Below, piece by piece: positions 49,242 to 58,279 of a stretch of 64,000 nt of DNA. How positions within the stretch are numbered: the stretch's first letter is position 1; each line of letters opens with the position of its first letter. The notes below the pieces were generated by a model, which saw only the letters and a program-made list of their open reading frames with translations, was not told the DNA's origin and did no database searches. The DNA is from an uncultured Candidatus Saccharibacteria bacterium (GTDB taxonomy: Bacteria > Patescibacteriota > Minisyncoccia > Phycocordibacterales > UBA5272). The DNA is taken from the NCBI GenBank assembly GCA_964546555.1, contig CAZJJX010000003.1, positions 13,139-77,138 on the forward strand, in the 5' to 3' direction. The position numbers and the translations under genes were made by a program.

Positions 49242-49286
49242 CTGCGAGAAATTTTTGTGACGACAAGAATTTACTTGTAGCCAAAT
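49242..49286 (+). repeat. partial structured repeat, copy D (direct repeat of 48497-48541)
   Basis: CTGCGAGAAATTTTTGTGACGACAAGAATTTACTTGTAGCCAAAT differs from the C1 segment at only 2 of 45 positions. Confidence 0.8.
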
Positions 49287-49357
49287 ATCATCTCTGAATT
49301 GTCGTGATAGGTTTGTGATTAGTTCCTATTTGGCATTTATTTGTTGCTTTACTTTCG

Positions 49358-49380
49358 ATATATATATATATATATATATA
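49358..49380. repeat. (AT)n microsatellite
   Basis: About 11 AT dinucleotide units sit upstream of the 49430 ORF. Confidence 0.9.
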
Positions 49381-49429
49381 CTTTTCATAAGCTATACATG
49401 TTATAAATTAATGTAGCTAATCTTAATTT

Positions 49430-49780
49430 ATGAAAAATTTTAATTCAAACTCATCACCAGAAGATTCTGATCCACATAATCCAAAAAATCCTGGAAGATT
49501 AATTTCTAGCATTACAATAAAAGGAGTTAACCTTGGACCTGTTTCAGATTCTGAAGGAGATAAAAAATATATTCTAGATTTGTCACAAGATAATGGAGTC
49601 GAAGATGAACCAAAAGAATTTAGAATTGCCCATAAAAGTCCTACAGGTATCCTTGGTGGAGGTAAAGAGTTTATGACAAGAGAAATGGCTGAACGTTGGT
49701 TAGAAGATACTCGCAAGGAAAATCCTGGTTTTGAGGTTTGGGTTGAGGATAAGAACGGAAACCGAAGAGAAGATTTTTAA
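49430..49780 (+). CDS. hypothetical protein
   Basis: 116-aa acidic ORF with no recognised domain. Confidence 0.45.
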   Translation: MKNFNSNSSPEDSDPHNPKNPGRLISSITIKGVNLGPVSDSEGDKKYILDLSQDNGVEDEPKEFRIAHKSPTGILGGGKEFMTREMAERWLEDTRKENPGFEVWVEDKNGNRREDF

Positions 49781-49940
49781 TAGTTAGTTTTTTATCCCTA
49801 AGACCAGTAACGATACTGGTCTTTTTCTTTGTTCGTATTCTAATTAATTTTATAACATCAGCATGTTTACTGAGAGTGTTCTTTGTGATATAACCTATTC
49901 TCGGGTACTGATTTGTTCTTTTGTATTTCAAGGAGTTTAT

Positions 49941-50456
49941 ATGAATGAGCTGACAATCGAGAATCTTTTGAAGCGTGTCGGTACAGTGCTCTATGCACTA
50001 CGAAGTGTAATGTCATTGTTTTATATTGGACTTGCACTTATTATGTGCACAATACTATATAAATTTGGCATTGAGTTCTTTGCTCTAATGTCCAAACTAC
50101 AAGGAATCGGCAAGATGGACCTTATCATTAAGGTTCTTGAGATTGTTGATATGACAATGGTTGCACAACTTGTGTGGGTGGTTGCACTTGCCGGGTATTC
50201 GCTTTTTGTAACATCAAGTCATTTTGATAATAATCAAATTAAAAAACCCGATTGGCTTGATCATGTAAACACATATAACCTGAAACTGAAACTTGCTTTT
50301 GCGATTATTTCTATTTCAGGTGTTCATACGCTTAAGACTTTCCTGCAAGGAAATGTCACTCCAGAACAGATGTTTACGTTGATCGCAGGGCATCTTGTGT
50401 TTGTAATTTGTGCTGTAGGTATTGCATTTGCAGAGAGACTTTCACGAGATAAATAA
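49941..50456 (+). CDS. YqhA/UPF0114-family membrane protein
   Basis: The ATG at 49941 is preceded by AAGGAG. The stretch LRSVMSLFYIGLALIM... and the 4-TM layout are typical of UPF0114. Confidence 0.6.
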   Translation: MNELTIENLLKRVGTVLYALRSVMSLFYIGLALIMCTILYKFGIEFFALMSKLQGIGKMDLIIKVLEIVDMTMVAQLVWVVALAGYSLFVTSSHFDNNQIKKPDWLDHVNTYNLKLKLAFAIISISGVHTLKTFLQGNVTPEQMFTLIAGHLVFVICAVGIAFAERLSRDK

Positions 50457-50568
50457 CAAGAACATATGTTCTTAAAAGACCACGCACCCTGTGGTCTTTT
50501 TTGTGTGTAATGAGAAAAGAAGATATATGGTAACATAATTGCATTTTGTCAATAATTTTGGTAGATTC

Positions 50569-51180
50569 ATGTGTGTAATGACAACATCTACCCACACAAA
50601 AATCTCACAGAGCAACACAGGGTCATTTCTTGACCGTGTGATATTTTATATTTTGAGCGATGTAAGAAAAACCCTCTCCTTGCTACTAAGGGGGTTTGTA
50701 CATCTTTTTCAAAGTGTTATTTCAGCTTTTAAAACACTCAAAAAAGAACCCATAGAAAATGAGATTGTAAAGTATGGAATCATGCTTGCGTTGCCAGTTA
50801 TTGTGTTTGCTTCTGCTGATGATATTCCTGGTGCTGGTTCACTTATATGGTATGTGGTTTTTATCGGTGTTCTTGTGTGGGTGGGGCAGAACCTTCTTGA
50901 TGAGCTTGGTGATACCCATGGTGATGAGGTGTTAGGTGTGCGGGTTACTACATTTCTCGTTGCTGCAACAGTAGCTTTCTTTGGAATTACATATTTGACT
51001 AGTTTTTCTAATTACATGATTGTTTTTGTGACTGCGCTTGTGGGGTATATTTGTTTCCGATCCTTTGCTGAAGGTGAAGAAAAGTCGGCCTTAGAGACCC
51101 TTAAAAAAGTGCCTACCATGGTAATAGGGCTTGTAATGATTGCATTTCTATACTCAGTAATTCACGCGTTTCTTATCTAG
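50569..51180 (+). CDS. hypothetical polytopic membrane protein
   Basis: Several TM helices. The start is uncertain: ATG at 50569 or ATG at 50578. Confidence 0.5.
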   Translation: MCVMTTSTHTKISQSNTGSFLDRVIFYILSDVRKTLSLLLRGFVHLFQSVISAFKTLKKEPIENEIVKYGIMLALPVIVFASADDIPGAGSLIWYVVFIGVLVWVGQNLLDELGDTHGDEVLGVRVTTFLVAATVAFFGITYLTSFSNYMIVFVTALVGYICFRSFAEGEEKSALETLKKVPTMVIGLVMIAFLYSVIHAFLI

Positions 51181-51240
51181 AAGTGTTTAAGGTATAGTTT
51201 TGTTTTTGGGGTGATTTAGTGGTATAGTTTGTTCATTACT

Positions 51241-52149
51241 ATGCAATATCAAGTATTACTTTTTTATAAATACGTTCATATAGACGACACAGAAGCTTTC
51301 AAGAAGTTCTATACAGAGCTGTGTACTCGTCATGGACTACTTGGTAGAACAATAATCGCAGAAGAAGGGTTAAATGGTACGCTTGAAGGAACTCTAGATA
51401 ACACAGAAGCATTCGTTAAAGAGCTTTTAGAAGATAAGCGATTTTGTGATATGCAGATCAAAAGAAGTGAGGGAACCGGTGCGACCTTCCCAAGACTTTC
51501 TGTAAAAATTAGAAATGAAATTGTGGGTACACATTTTCCTAAAGAAGTTGATCCAACAAAAAAAACTGGAAAGTATCTAAAACCAGATGAGCTGCGAGAA
51601 TGGTATGAATCAGGAAAAGATTTTGTGGTAGTAGATATGCGTAATTCGTATGAGTTTGAGTCAGGACATTTCAAGAATTCATTTGATCCTAAAATGGATG
51701 CATCACGTGAACTGCCAGAAAAAATTGAAGCAATCAAAGAAGCTGTGAAAGATAAGCCAGTGCTTACGGTATGTACTGGTGGTGTGAGGTGTGAGAAGAT
51801 GTCAGCGTATCTCCTTCATGAAGGTTTTGATGAAGATAAAGTCTATCAGTTAGATGGTGGTATGCATTCGTATATGGAAAAGTATCCTGGTAAGGACTTT
51901 CTTGGGACATTGTTTACCTTTGATAACCGGCTTGTGATGGACTTTGGTGGAGAGCGTGAAGTAATTGGAAAGTGTAAACGTTGTGGAGCTACGAATGAGC
52001 AATATCAGAATTGTGCAAATGCAGATTGTAATATGCTCTTTCTTATTTGTGATGATTGCATGAGCGCTGAAGGGCCAGGATTTTGTAGTGAGAAGTGTGA
52101 AAAGTCTACTGCGCGAGTGGTTAACAGGGTAAGGGGCAGAGTGGTCTAG
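51241..52149 (+). CDS. trhO: rhodanese-domain tRNA uridine(34) hydroxylase TrhO/YceA family
   Basis: LLFYKY near the N-terminus, a rhodanese active-site segment VCTGGVRCEKMSAYL, and a C-terminal Cys cluster (CKRCG...C..C). All parallel E. coli YceA. Confidence 0.8.
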   Translation: MQYQVLLFYKYVHIDDTEAFKKFYTELCTRHGLLGRTIIAEEGLNGTLEGTLDNTEAFVKELLEDKRFCDMQIKRSEGTGATFPRLSVKIRNEIVGTHFPKEVDPTKKTGKYLKPDELREWYESGKDFVVVDMRNSYEFESGHFKNSFDPKMDASRELPEKIEAIKEAVKDKPVLTVCTGGVRCEKMSAYLLHEGFDEDKVYQLDGGMHSYMEKYPGKDFLGTLFTFDNRLVMDFGGEREVIGKCKRCGATNEQYQNCANADCNMLFLICDDCMSAEGPGFCSEKCEKSTARVVNRVRGRVV

Positions 52150-52185
52150 TTTTTTTGTTGCAAATAAAGTACACTTAATCATATA

Positions 52186-53148
52186 ATGACAAAACGTATA
52201 GATTTAGATAATGAGCGAGTTCGTCCAAGAGAAACTTTGTTCTTGCGATGGTTTGCGTCGGTTATTAGTACCTGGATAATTATACTTAGTTCTGTTTATG
52301 TTTTGTATGCTATCTTTAACTACGCTTTGTTTGTTAATAGATCATTATCAACGGTGCTTTTGCTTGTACTAAGTACTGTTATGGTTTGGTTTATTGTAGG
52401 GAACCGTCAGCACGCGCTTGCTGTGCTTGGGCATGAAGGTGGTCATGAGTTAGTGCTACAGAATCTTCGACTGAATGATCTTTTTACTAATCTATTTGCT
52501 TTTTATCCGTTAACAGCAAGTATTGAGCAGTTTAGAAAATTTCACTTCGCGCACCATGAGTTCCTTTCAACATCAAAAGATCCAGAGATGATTCATAAGC
52601 GACGCTCAGCACCGGATTATGACCTTCCTATGGTTGGTAAAAGTTCTTTAGTTCGGTTGTTGTTTAGAGATCTGTGCGGTTTGAGTTATAAAGAGCTTTT
52701 TGTTTTTATTACAATGATTGCGCCAGCTACCTTTGCTCAGATTGGTGGAATAGTAGCATGGTGGGGTGTGTTTATTTCATTTGCATTTTTTTGTAACATT
52801 AATTTTATTTTCTTTTTTACGGCGGTATGGTTTATATCTCTAGGAACAACGTTCTGGGCATTTTTTAGACTTAGAATTTTAACAGAACACGTTGGAACAA
52901 AGACAGTACATAGACTTCGTCCGACGTTTTTTCAGCGCATAGTGCTTTTCCCATACAATATTTGGTGTCATTATGAGCACCATGCATATCCTTTTACTGC
53001 ATCACCTAAGCTCTCCCATATCAGGAAAACCCTTGATGTTGATGTTAAGGAAGATACCATGGTTGAGCTTCTTGAGTCATATAAGCATATGCCTCATATT
53101 CCCTCAGGAACTCCACTTGCAGAGGTTCATATCAAAGGGGTTTCATAA
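52186..53148 (+). CDS. membrane fatty acid desaturase family protein
   Basis: Three His boxes (HEGGH, HFAHH, HYEHH) with the TM topology typical of the family. Confidence 0.75.
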   Translation: MTKRIDLDNERVRPRETLFLRWFASVISTWIIILSSVYVLYAIFNYALFVNRSLSTVLLLVLSTVMVWFIVGNRQHALAVLGHEGGHELVLQNLRLNDLFTNLFAFYPLTASIEQFRKFHFAHHEFLSTSKDPEMIHKRRSAPDYDLPMVGKSSLVRLLFRDLCGLSYKELFVFITMIAPATFAQIGGIVAWWGVFISFAFFCNINFIFFFTAVWFISLGTTFWAFFRLRILTEHVGTKTVHRLRPTFFQRIVLFPYNIWCHYEHHAYPFTASPKLSHIRKTLDVDVKEDTMVELLESYKHMPHIPSGTPLAEVHIKGVS

Positions 53149-53903
53149 TGACTGTTCAAAATTCAGAATTTCCATTGCTGGGTGTATTTGATTCAGGTGT
53201 TGGAGGATTTTCAGTGTACAAAAAAATTCGTACTGTAACTGATGCAGATATTGTCTATTACGGTGATACGCTTCGTGCACCGTATGGTAATAAAGAAGAG
53301 CAAGAAATCATTCAATGTATACGAGATGATATACAATTTCTTAAAGATGAGGGTGTAACATACTTTGTAAATGCCTGTAATAGTATGTCTGTATTAACCA
53401 CGGAGCAATTACTAAAAGACTGTAAGGTTTCGTTTGATCATTATGTAGACATGACTCGAGCATTTGAAAAACATACAGTATGTACAAAGGATGATCGTGT
53501 TGTTGTCTTCGCCACCAAAGCAACCATAGAAAGTGGCAGCTATGAGAGAGTTCTTCAAAAAAGTGGAGCACAAGTTTTTCCGTATATCTTTACAACACTT
53601 GCACAGGCAATTGAAGAAAATAGAAAAAGGGGTGATTTACTGGAGATAGTGCGTGGTGGTGTGGAATATGCTAAGAGTCATGATGCAACCCATATCGTCT
53701 ATGGGTGTACTCACTACCCACTTATTCATGATATCTTCAAAGAAGTAGGAGATGAATATGGCCTAGATGTTGCATATATTGATCCTGCTGATGCGGTTAA
53801 GGAAGAGGTTAAACAATGGCATCTTGTTGGTGATCGAAAATTCTACCCTCATGCAAGCAAGGACACTCCTGCGTTTATAAAGTATATGGTGACATTGCTT
53901 TAG
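53148..53903 (+). CDS. murI: glutamate racemase (Asp/Glu racemase family)
   Basis: GVFDSGVGGFSV, NACNSMS and GCTHYP carry the two catalytic Cys motifs. The ATG overlaps the upstream stop codon (TAATG). Confidence 0.85.
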   Translation: MTVQNSEFPLLGVFDSGVGGFSVYKKIRTVTDADIVYYGDTLRAPYGNKEEQEIIQCIRDDIQFLKDEGVTYFVNACNSMSVLTTEQLLKDCKVSFDHYVDMTRAFEKHTVCTKDDRVVVFATKATIESGSYERVLQKSGAQVFPYIFTTLAQAIEENRKRGDLLEIVRGGVEYAKSHDATHIVYGCTHYPLIHDIFKEVGDEYGLDVAYIDPADAVKEEVKQWHLVGDRKFYPHASKDTPAFIKYMVTLL

Positions 53904-53986
53904 CTTTAATCTGAACGGGTCGTACACTTGTTAGTGTACGAAAAAAATTACAATAGTGAATATAAAATAATATAATTAAAACAAAT

Positions 53987-54700
53987 ATGAATACACCGTC
54001 TAGTGCACCACAAATAGAGGTTAAGTATTCTTCAAACGAAGAATTAAATATTTTTATTAAAAATTTAATTGAAAAAATTCAAAAAGGAGAAATACCAGAT
54101 GGGGCAGTTAAGATGAAGAAAAATTCTCCTACCAAACTTTTAAAAGCTGATCCTTCAAATGCTCATAAAAGATATCAGCCAGGGGGAAGGTTAATCACCT
54201 ATACAGGAATGAATAAGGATGGTGATTTAATTAAAGAGACATACGGGGGTGGCGTTGCTGACATTAAAGATAATAGTGTTATTCTGCAAAATCAAGAACC
54301 AAGAAGATATCCAAAAGATTATATGGATCCTTCATTGGTAGGGCAACCAATTAAGGGAGAGTTTAATGATGACGGAACTTTTGTTGTAGACCAAAATGGA
54401 GAGACTGTATTATATAACGAATATGTTTCGGATACTGAATTTGTAAAGGGTGCTTATGGTGTTGATTTGAATACTGAAGACATAGCGTGGCATACAGCAA
54501 TTAAACTTGACCCAAGTTTCGTTATTAAAAATCCTGGAATTACAGGCGCAGAAATTGTTGGTAAAAATGGTGTTAAGAATGAGCTATTTCCAGATAGTTA
54601 CATTGTTATAGATGCAAGAGTAAAAAATGGGGCAATAACTGTGCAGTCTGTACACCCTATAACCGAGAAAGATCTTGCGGATACATACGTGCCATTTTAA
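53987..54700 (+). CDS. hypothetical protein
   Basis: 237-aa ORF with no recognised domain. Confidence 0.5.
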   Translation: MNTPSSAPQIEVKYSSNEELNIFIKNLIEKIQKGEIPDGAVKMKKNSPTKLLKADPSNAHKRYQPGGRLITYTGMNKDGDLIKETYGGGVADIKDNSVILQNQEPRRYPKDYMDPSLVGQPIKGEFNDDGTFVVDQNGETVLYNEYVSDTEFVKGAYGVDLNTEDIAWHTAIKLDPSFVIKNPGITGAEIVGKNGVKNELFPDSYIVIDARVKNGAITVQSVHPITEKDLADTYVPF

Positions 54701-54853
54701 GTAGGTTTATAAACATACTTTATTCGTTATGTTCAATAATTAACCAAGGACTAATTTGTCATTGTTTTTTTTGATTTGGTAAAGTTTTTTCTTTAGGTGG
54801 TTTTTGGTAATAGGTTGTAATGATCTGTGATAGGATAAGTAAAAATTATACAT

Positions 54854-55612
54854 ATGAAATTTGAAGATAAAGTAAAAGGGTTACGTGAAAAGAAATACAA
54901 AGGAAAGGAAACAAAAGAGTTCCTCGCTGATGTGTCACGTATGGCACAAGGGGAGGCGGATGAATACCTTTTAGGTGAGGTCGATTTTTGCGGAGCAAAA
55001 ATCGACCTCACCTACCGTCCGATGATCCCACGTCCTGAGACGGAGTTTTGGGTAAAGCAGGCTCTAGATGGAGGTGATATCAGAGACCAGATATCAGATG
55101 GTAAGGTTCTTGATGTATTTGCTGGTTCTGGTTGTATTGGTTTTTCTATACTAAAGAATATCCAAGGGGGTAGTGTGATGTTTGTTGATACGATGAAAGA
55201 TTTTGACAAACAGATAGAGGTCACTCGAAATAAAAATAACATCGATGGGTCGCGTGTACTAGTGTCTCACAGTGGTGTAGAATATTTTGTTAAAAATAAT
55301 ACTACAAAGTTTGATTATATTGTTGCTGTACCACCATATGTCCCACTATCTATGAAAGATGAAGTGATGCAAGAACTTCATAATGAACACCCTGATTATT
55401 TTTTTGATAAAGATGATGGTTATTATTATCACAGACTCATTCTTTCTTCTGTTGCACAGCTTCTTGTTTTAGGTGGGGTGTTGTATATGGAGTTTGATGT
55501 TACGCAACGAAGTACGATTGAAACGATGGTGAAGGGGTTCGGGTTCAGTGAGTACACTTTTCTGCGCGATCCGTATGGGCATGATTATGTCCTTCGTGTA
55601 AAGAATAATTAA
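54854..55612 (+). CDS. HemK/PrmC-like N5-glutamine methyltransferase
   Basis: Contains YLLGEVDFCGAKIDLTYRPMIPRPETE, the SAM motif VLDVFAGSGCIG, and an NPPY-type motif VAVPPYV. Confidence 0.75.
   Translation: MKFEDKVKGLREKKYKGKETKEFLADVSRMAQGEADEYLLGEVDFCGAKIDLTYRPMIPRPETEFWVKQALDGGDIRDQISDGKVLDVFAGSGCIGFSILKNIQGGSVMFVDTMKDFDKQIEVTRNKNNIDGSRVLVSHSGVEYFVKNNTTKFDYIVAVPPYVPLSMKDEVMQELHNEHPDYFFDKDDGYYYHRLILSSVAQLLVLGGVLYMEFDVTQRSTIETMVKGFGFSEYTFLRDPYGHDYVLRVKNN
54972..55014. repeat. perfect 20-bp inverted repeat inside the PrmC-like CDS
   Basis: TAGGTGAGGTCGATTTTTGC-GGA-GCAAAAATCGACCTCACCTA, read directly from the sequence. Confidence 0.95.
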
Positions 55613-55619
55613 ACTTTTT

Positions 55620-56429
55620 CTAGACCTCAACGAGGTTCTGTGTATCAAGAGATTGTTTAATTTTATTATAGATATAACTATACCCTTCATCACTAGGGTG
55701 AATTTTGTCATCAGCAAAGTAAAGGTTTCTGTTGAGATAAAAAGGGTCATCATACCTTTTTGCATAGACATCAACATAAGTGATAGATAAAGTTTTGCAT
55801 ACTTTGTAAAATATGTCTGACATCATTTTGCTGCGCGCACTATAGAGTAATGTAAATGGGAACCAAAAAAGAGAAGAAGATCCGACATTTAGTGGGCCAA
55901 CAAGAATTACATTATTATTTGTCATCTTTTTAATTTTTGGAAGAACAAAAAATAAATCTCGAATAATATCTTTAGGTGTAGAATAGGCGAGAATGTCATT
56001 GCCTCCTATTTGGATAATGGCAAGATCGAAGAATTGCTCTTCAAGTTGCAGCACGTTCTCAACAAGATCGTTAACTTTTGAGCCATTTTGTCCATGGTTG
56101 TTGATATGTGCTGATGGGTAATCTCGTGACAGTCTACCAGCGATTGAATTATGTGCGTCTTTTGCTCCAACTCCAGCGGCTAGACTATCCCCGATAATGA
56201 GAAAATGATGGGTTGGTTTTTTTGGTGAAGCTTCAAACGGTATAGTCATTCTCCCAAGGCGTTTATCTGTCACAAGGAGATTTACTGCTCTAAGAATATA
56301 AATAAAGACGTAAATACTGATAACTAGTATACAATCAGCAAGTAGGATTAGTATTGTTCTTTCTGATTGTTCGAATTGTGCAAAAAAAGAGATAAGATCA
56401 GATGTCATGGTTGTGCTGTGAGTTTGCAT
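55620..56429 (-). CDS. SGNH/GDSL hydrolase with N-terminal membrane anchor
   Basis: Block I is FLIIGDSLAAGVG, block III is IQIGGND, and block V is DKIHPSDEGY. Confidence 0.8.
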   Translation of the reverse strand: MQTHSTTMTSDLISFFAQFEQSERTILILLADCILVISIYVFIYILRAVNLLVTDKRLGRMTIPFEASPKKPTHHFLIIGDSLAAGVGAKDAHNSIAGRLSRDYPSAHINNHGQNGSKVNDLVENVLQLEEQFFDLAIIQIGGNDILAYSTPKDIIRDLFFVLPKIKKMTNNNVILVGPLNVGSSSLFWFPFTLLYSARSKMMSDIFYKVCKTLSITYVDVYAKRYDDPFYLNRNLYFADDKIHPSDEGYSYIYNKIKQSLDTQNLVEV

Positions 56430-56529
56430 CGTAAGTATAATATATATTTACGTACGAATCATTTTTTTGTCAGTGTGTGGCTAAACTGTATTTGTTATTA
56501 TACAATGTGTACGGTTTTTAGTTCTTTTA

Positions 56530-57045
56530 TTGGAGTTTGTGATGAATATCAATACTGTAGCTATTCCAAAAGAACATGAACGTAGATTTTTCCCAGATCG
56601 TTCTACGTTTAAATTCGACAAGCATCTGTATCCTTCGGTGTTCATTATTCAATCGTATCTTGAAGATGAGCTGCGCACCAGAATAAGAGATGAGTTCGAT
56701 GCTTCTACCGGGCATGTCTACACATTAACTAGAAAGACCGGTGAAGGCGTTTCGCGTGTAGAAAATGAGCGCACAATTACAAAACATAAGTACTGTGCAT
56801 TGTTTCAAAAAGCTACATGTAAGCTAAGTAAAAGAAGATTTTTTATGCAATGCGAAGGGTACGTTGCGCAAGTGAATTTTTTTGAAGAAAAGCTTCAAGG
56901 GTATGTTCAGATTGAAGTTGAATTCCAAACTAATGAAGACGCGAAAGCTTTCAGGCCACCTAACTGGTTTGGTCTTGAAGTGACAGAGGACAAACGCCAC
57001 GATAACTATGCGCTCGCCAAACACGGATGCAATGAACTTTTGTGA
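56530..57045 (+). CDS. CYTH-domain protein
   Basis: N-terminal EHERRF (ExExK-like), 171 aa, and a beta-barrel-type alternating pattern. Moderate confidence. Confidence 0.55.
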   Translation: MEFVMNINTVAIPKEHERRFFPDRSTFKFDKHLYPSVFIIQSYLEDELRTRIRDEFDASTGHVYTLTRKTGEGVSRVENERTITKHKYCALFQKATCKLSKRRFFMQCEGYVAQVNFFEEKLQGYVQIEVEFQTNEDAKAFRPPNWFGLEVTEDKRHDNYALAKHGCNELL

Positions 57046-57256
57046 GCCAATGTCCCAAGCATCCAAAACCCGCTCACCAGCGGGTTTTTTATATGAATGT
57101 AGTTAGCTTTCTTTCTCGTATCTCGTTGAGATGTCTGTAAATATGCCTGAGATAAGTTTGATTTTTGTACGCGGTGTATTGACTAAATATAGTATGAGTT
57201 GTAGTATTCTAAATAGCTTATATTTTTGTAAGCAGCTCTTTGTATAAGGAACAGTC

Positions 57257-57922
57257 ATGGAGAGAGTCTTTCTTTTTCTTCCTTCGATGTTGGTGATTGC
57301 ATTAATTGGTCTTTTGGCAAGATTTTATGCCAGAAGTCAGTTGAAAAAATTTGGTAATAATGTGAACAATCTTGAGTGGATGAGAAAAAATAAGTTTGCT
57401 TTTGAAATGAAGTTTGGTTCCCCTTTGTTGTATATATGTGCACCAACAATTGAGGAGCTTCTTTTTAGGGCGCCACTCATTATTCTGTTTAGCTCAGTTA
57501 CTTCACATGCAGTTTTAGGTATTACTGCTTCTGCTGTTCTTTTTGGACTGATGCATATTTTCAACAAAAAAGTTAAATTACCTCAAATTCTTTCTGAATC
57601 AAATGAGTGTAGTCAAGAAAAGTTAACTGTTTCAGAGCTTGTCGCTAAAATAGAAAAGAGGGATAAGAAAAGAATTTTTTATCTGAATATTATTGCTGTA
57701 TGTGCAACAACTATTCTCGGATTGCTTGCTGGGTACTTCGGTGTTTACTATCAGTCAATTTGGGTGGCAGTTGGGATACATGCAGCATGGAATATGTTTG
57801 TTCCTCCTTTGTTGATTATCGTTTGTTTCTTCTATGAGGCTTTGCGTCGTACAATATCAGATTTCATTTCTGAATATAGATTGAAAAATAGTCGCAAGAA
57901 GTATTTACAGTCATCTAGGTGA
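57257..57922 (+). CDS. CPBP-family intramembrane glutamic endopeptidase
   Basis: Motifs EELLFRAPL (EExxxR), FGLMH (FxxxH) and HAAWN (HxxxN). Confidence 0.8.
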   Translation: MERVFLFLPSMLVIALIGLLARFYARSQLKKFGNNVNNLEWMRKNKFAFEMKFGSPLLYICAPTIEELLFRAPLIILFSSVTSHAVLGITASAVLFGLMHIFNKKVKLPQILSESNECSQEKLTVSELVAKIEKRDKKRIFYLNIIAVCATTILGLLAGYFGVYYQSIWVAVGIHAAWNMFVPPLLIIVCFFYEALRRTISDFISEYRLKNSRKKYLQSSR

Positions 57923-57929
57923 TTGGTCG

Positions 57930-57964
57930 CCGTTGGTATTATGAAATATACCAACGGTTTTTTA
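57930..57964 (+). terminator. rho-independent terminator
   Basis: Stem CCGTTGGTAT/ATACCAACGG followed by TTTTTTATT. Confidence 0.65.
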
Positions 57965-57980
57965 TTATGTACAGCAAAAG

Positions 57981-58009
57981 TTGACATTTAGCATCAAGTT
58001 TGCTATAAT
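57981..58009 (+). promoter_or_regulatory. consensus sigma70-type promoter
   Basis: TTGACA (57981-57986), a 17-nt spacer, then TATAAT (58004-58009). It sits about 270 nt upstream of the helicase start. Confidence 0.6.
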
Positions 58010-58279
58010 ATATGTATTATTTCCTTATGGATATCCATGTGTAGTCAGGTAAAAGTTACTGATTTGACGCGTTGTGGTTAACCATACGTCTATCCATCTG
58101 ATAGAAGAGATTTCATCGAAAGAAATCGAGCGCAAATAATTTAACTAATCGGGATTCATAGGGCTTCTGAGTTTTTTAATACAAATGTTAGACAGGTAGT
58201 TTCTCTGTCTGTGTCAGGTTTGTAACTAAAGCTAAATTCTCACTTCTTCTTGTGTGTTCCTCAATATAATAATTTTTTT

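Noticed and set aside
45995-49290. CRISPR array or type III toxin-antitoxin RNA repeat interpretation of the repeated elements
   Set aside because: The copies are not regularly spaced and have no uniform repeat/spacer architecture. They differ in length (45-125 nt), and no cas or toxN-like gene is adjacent.
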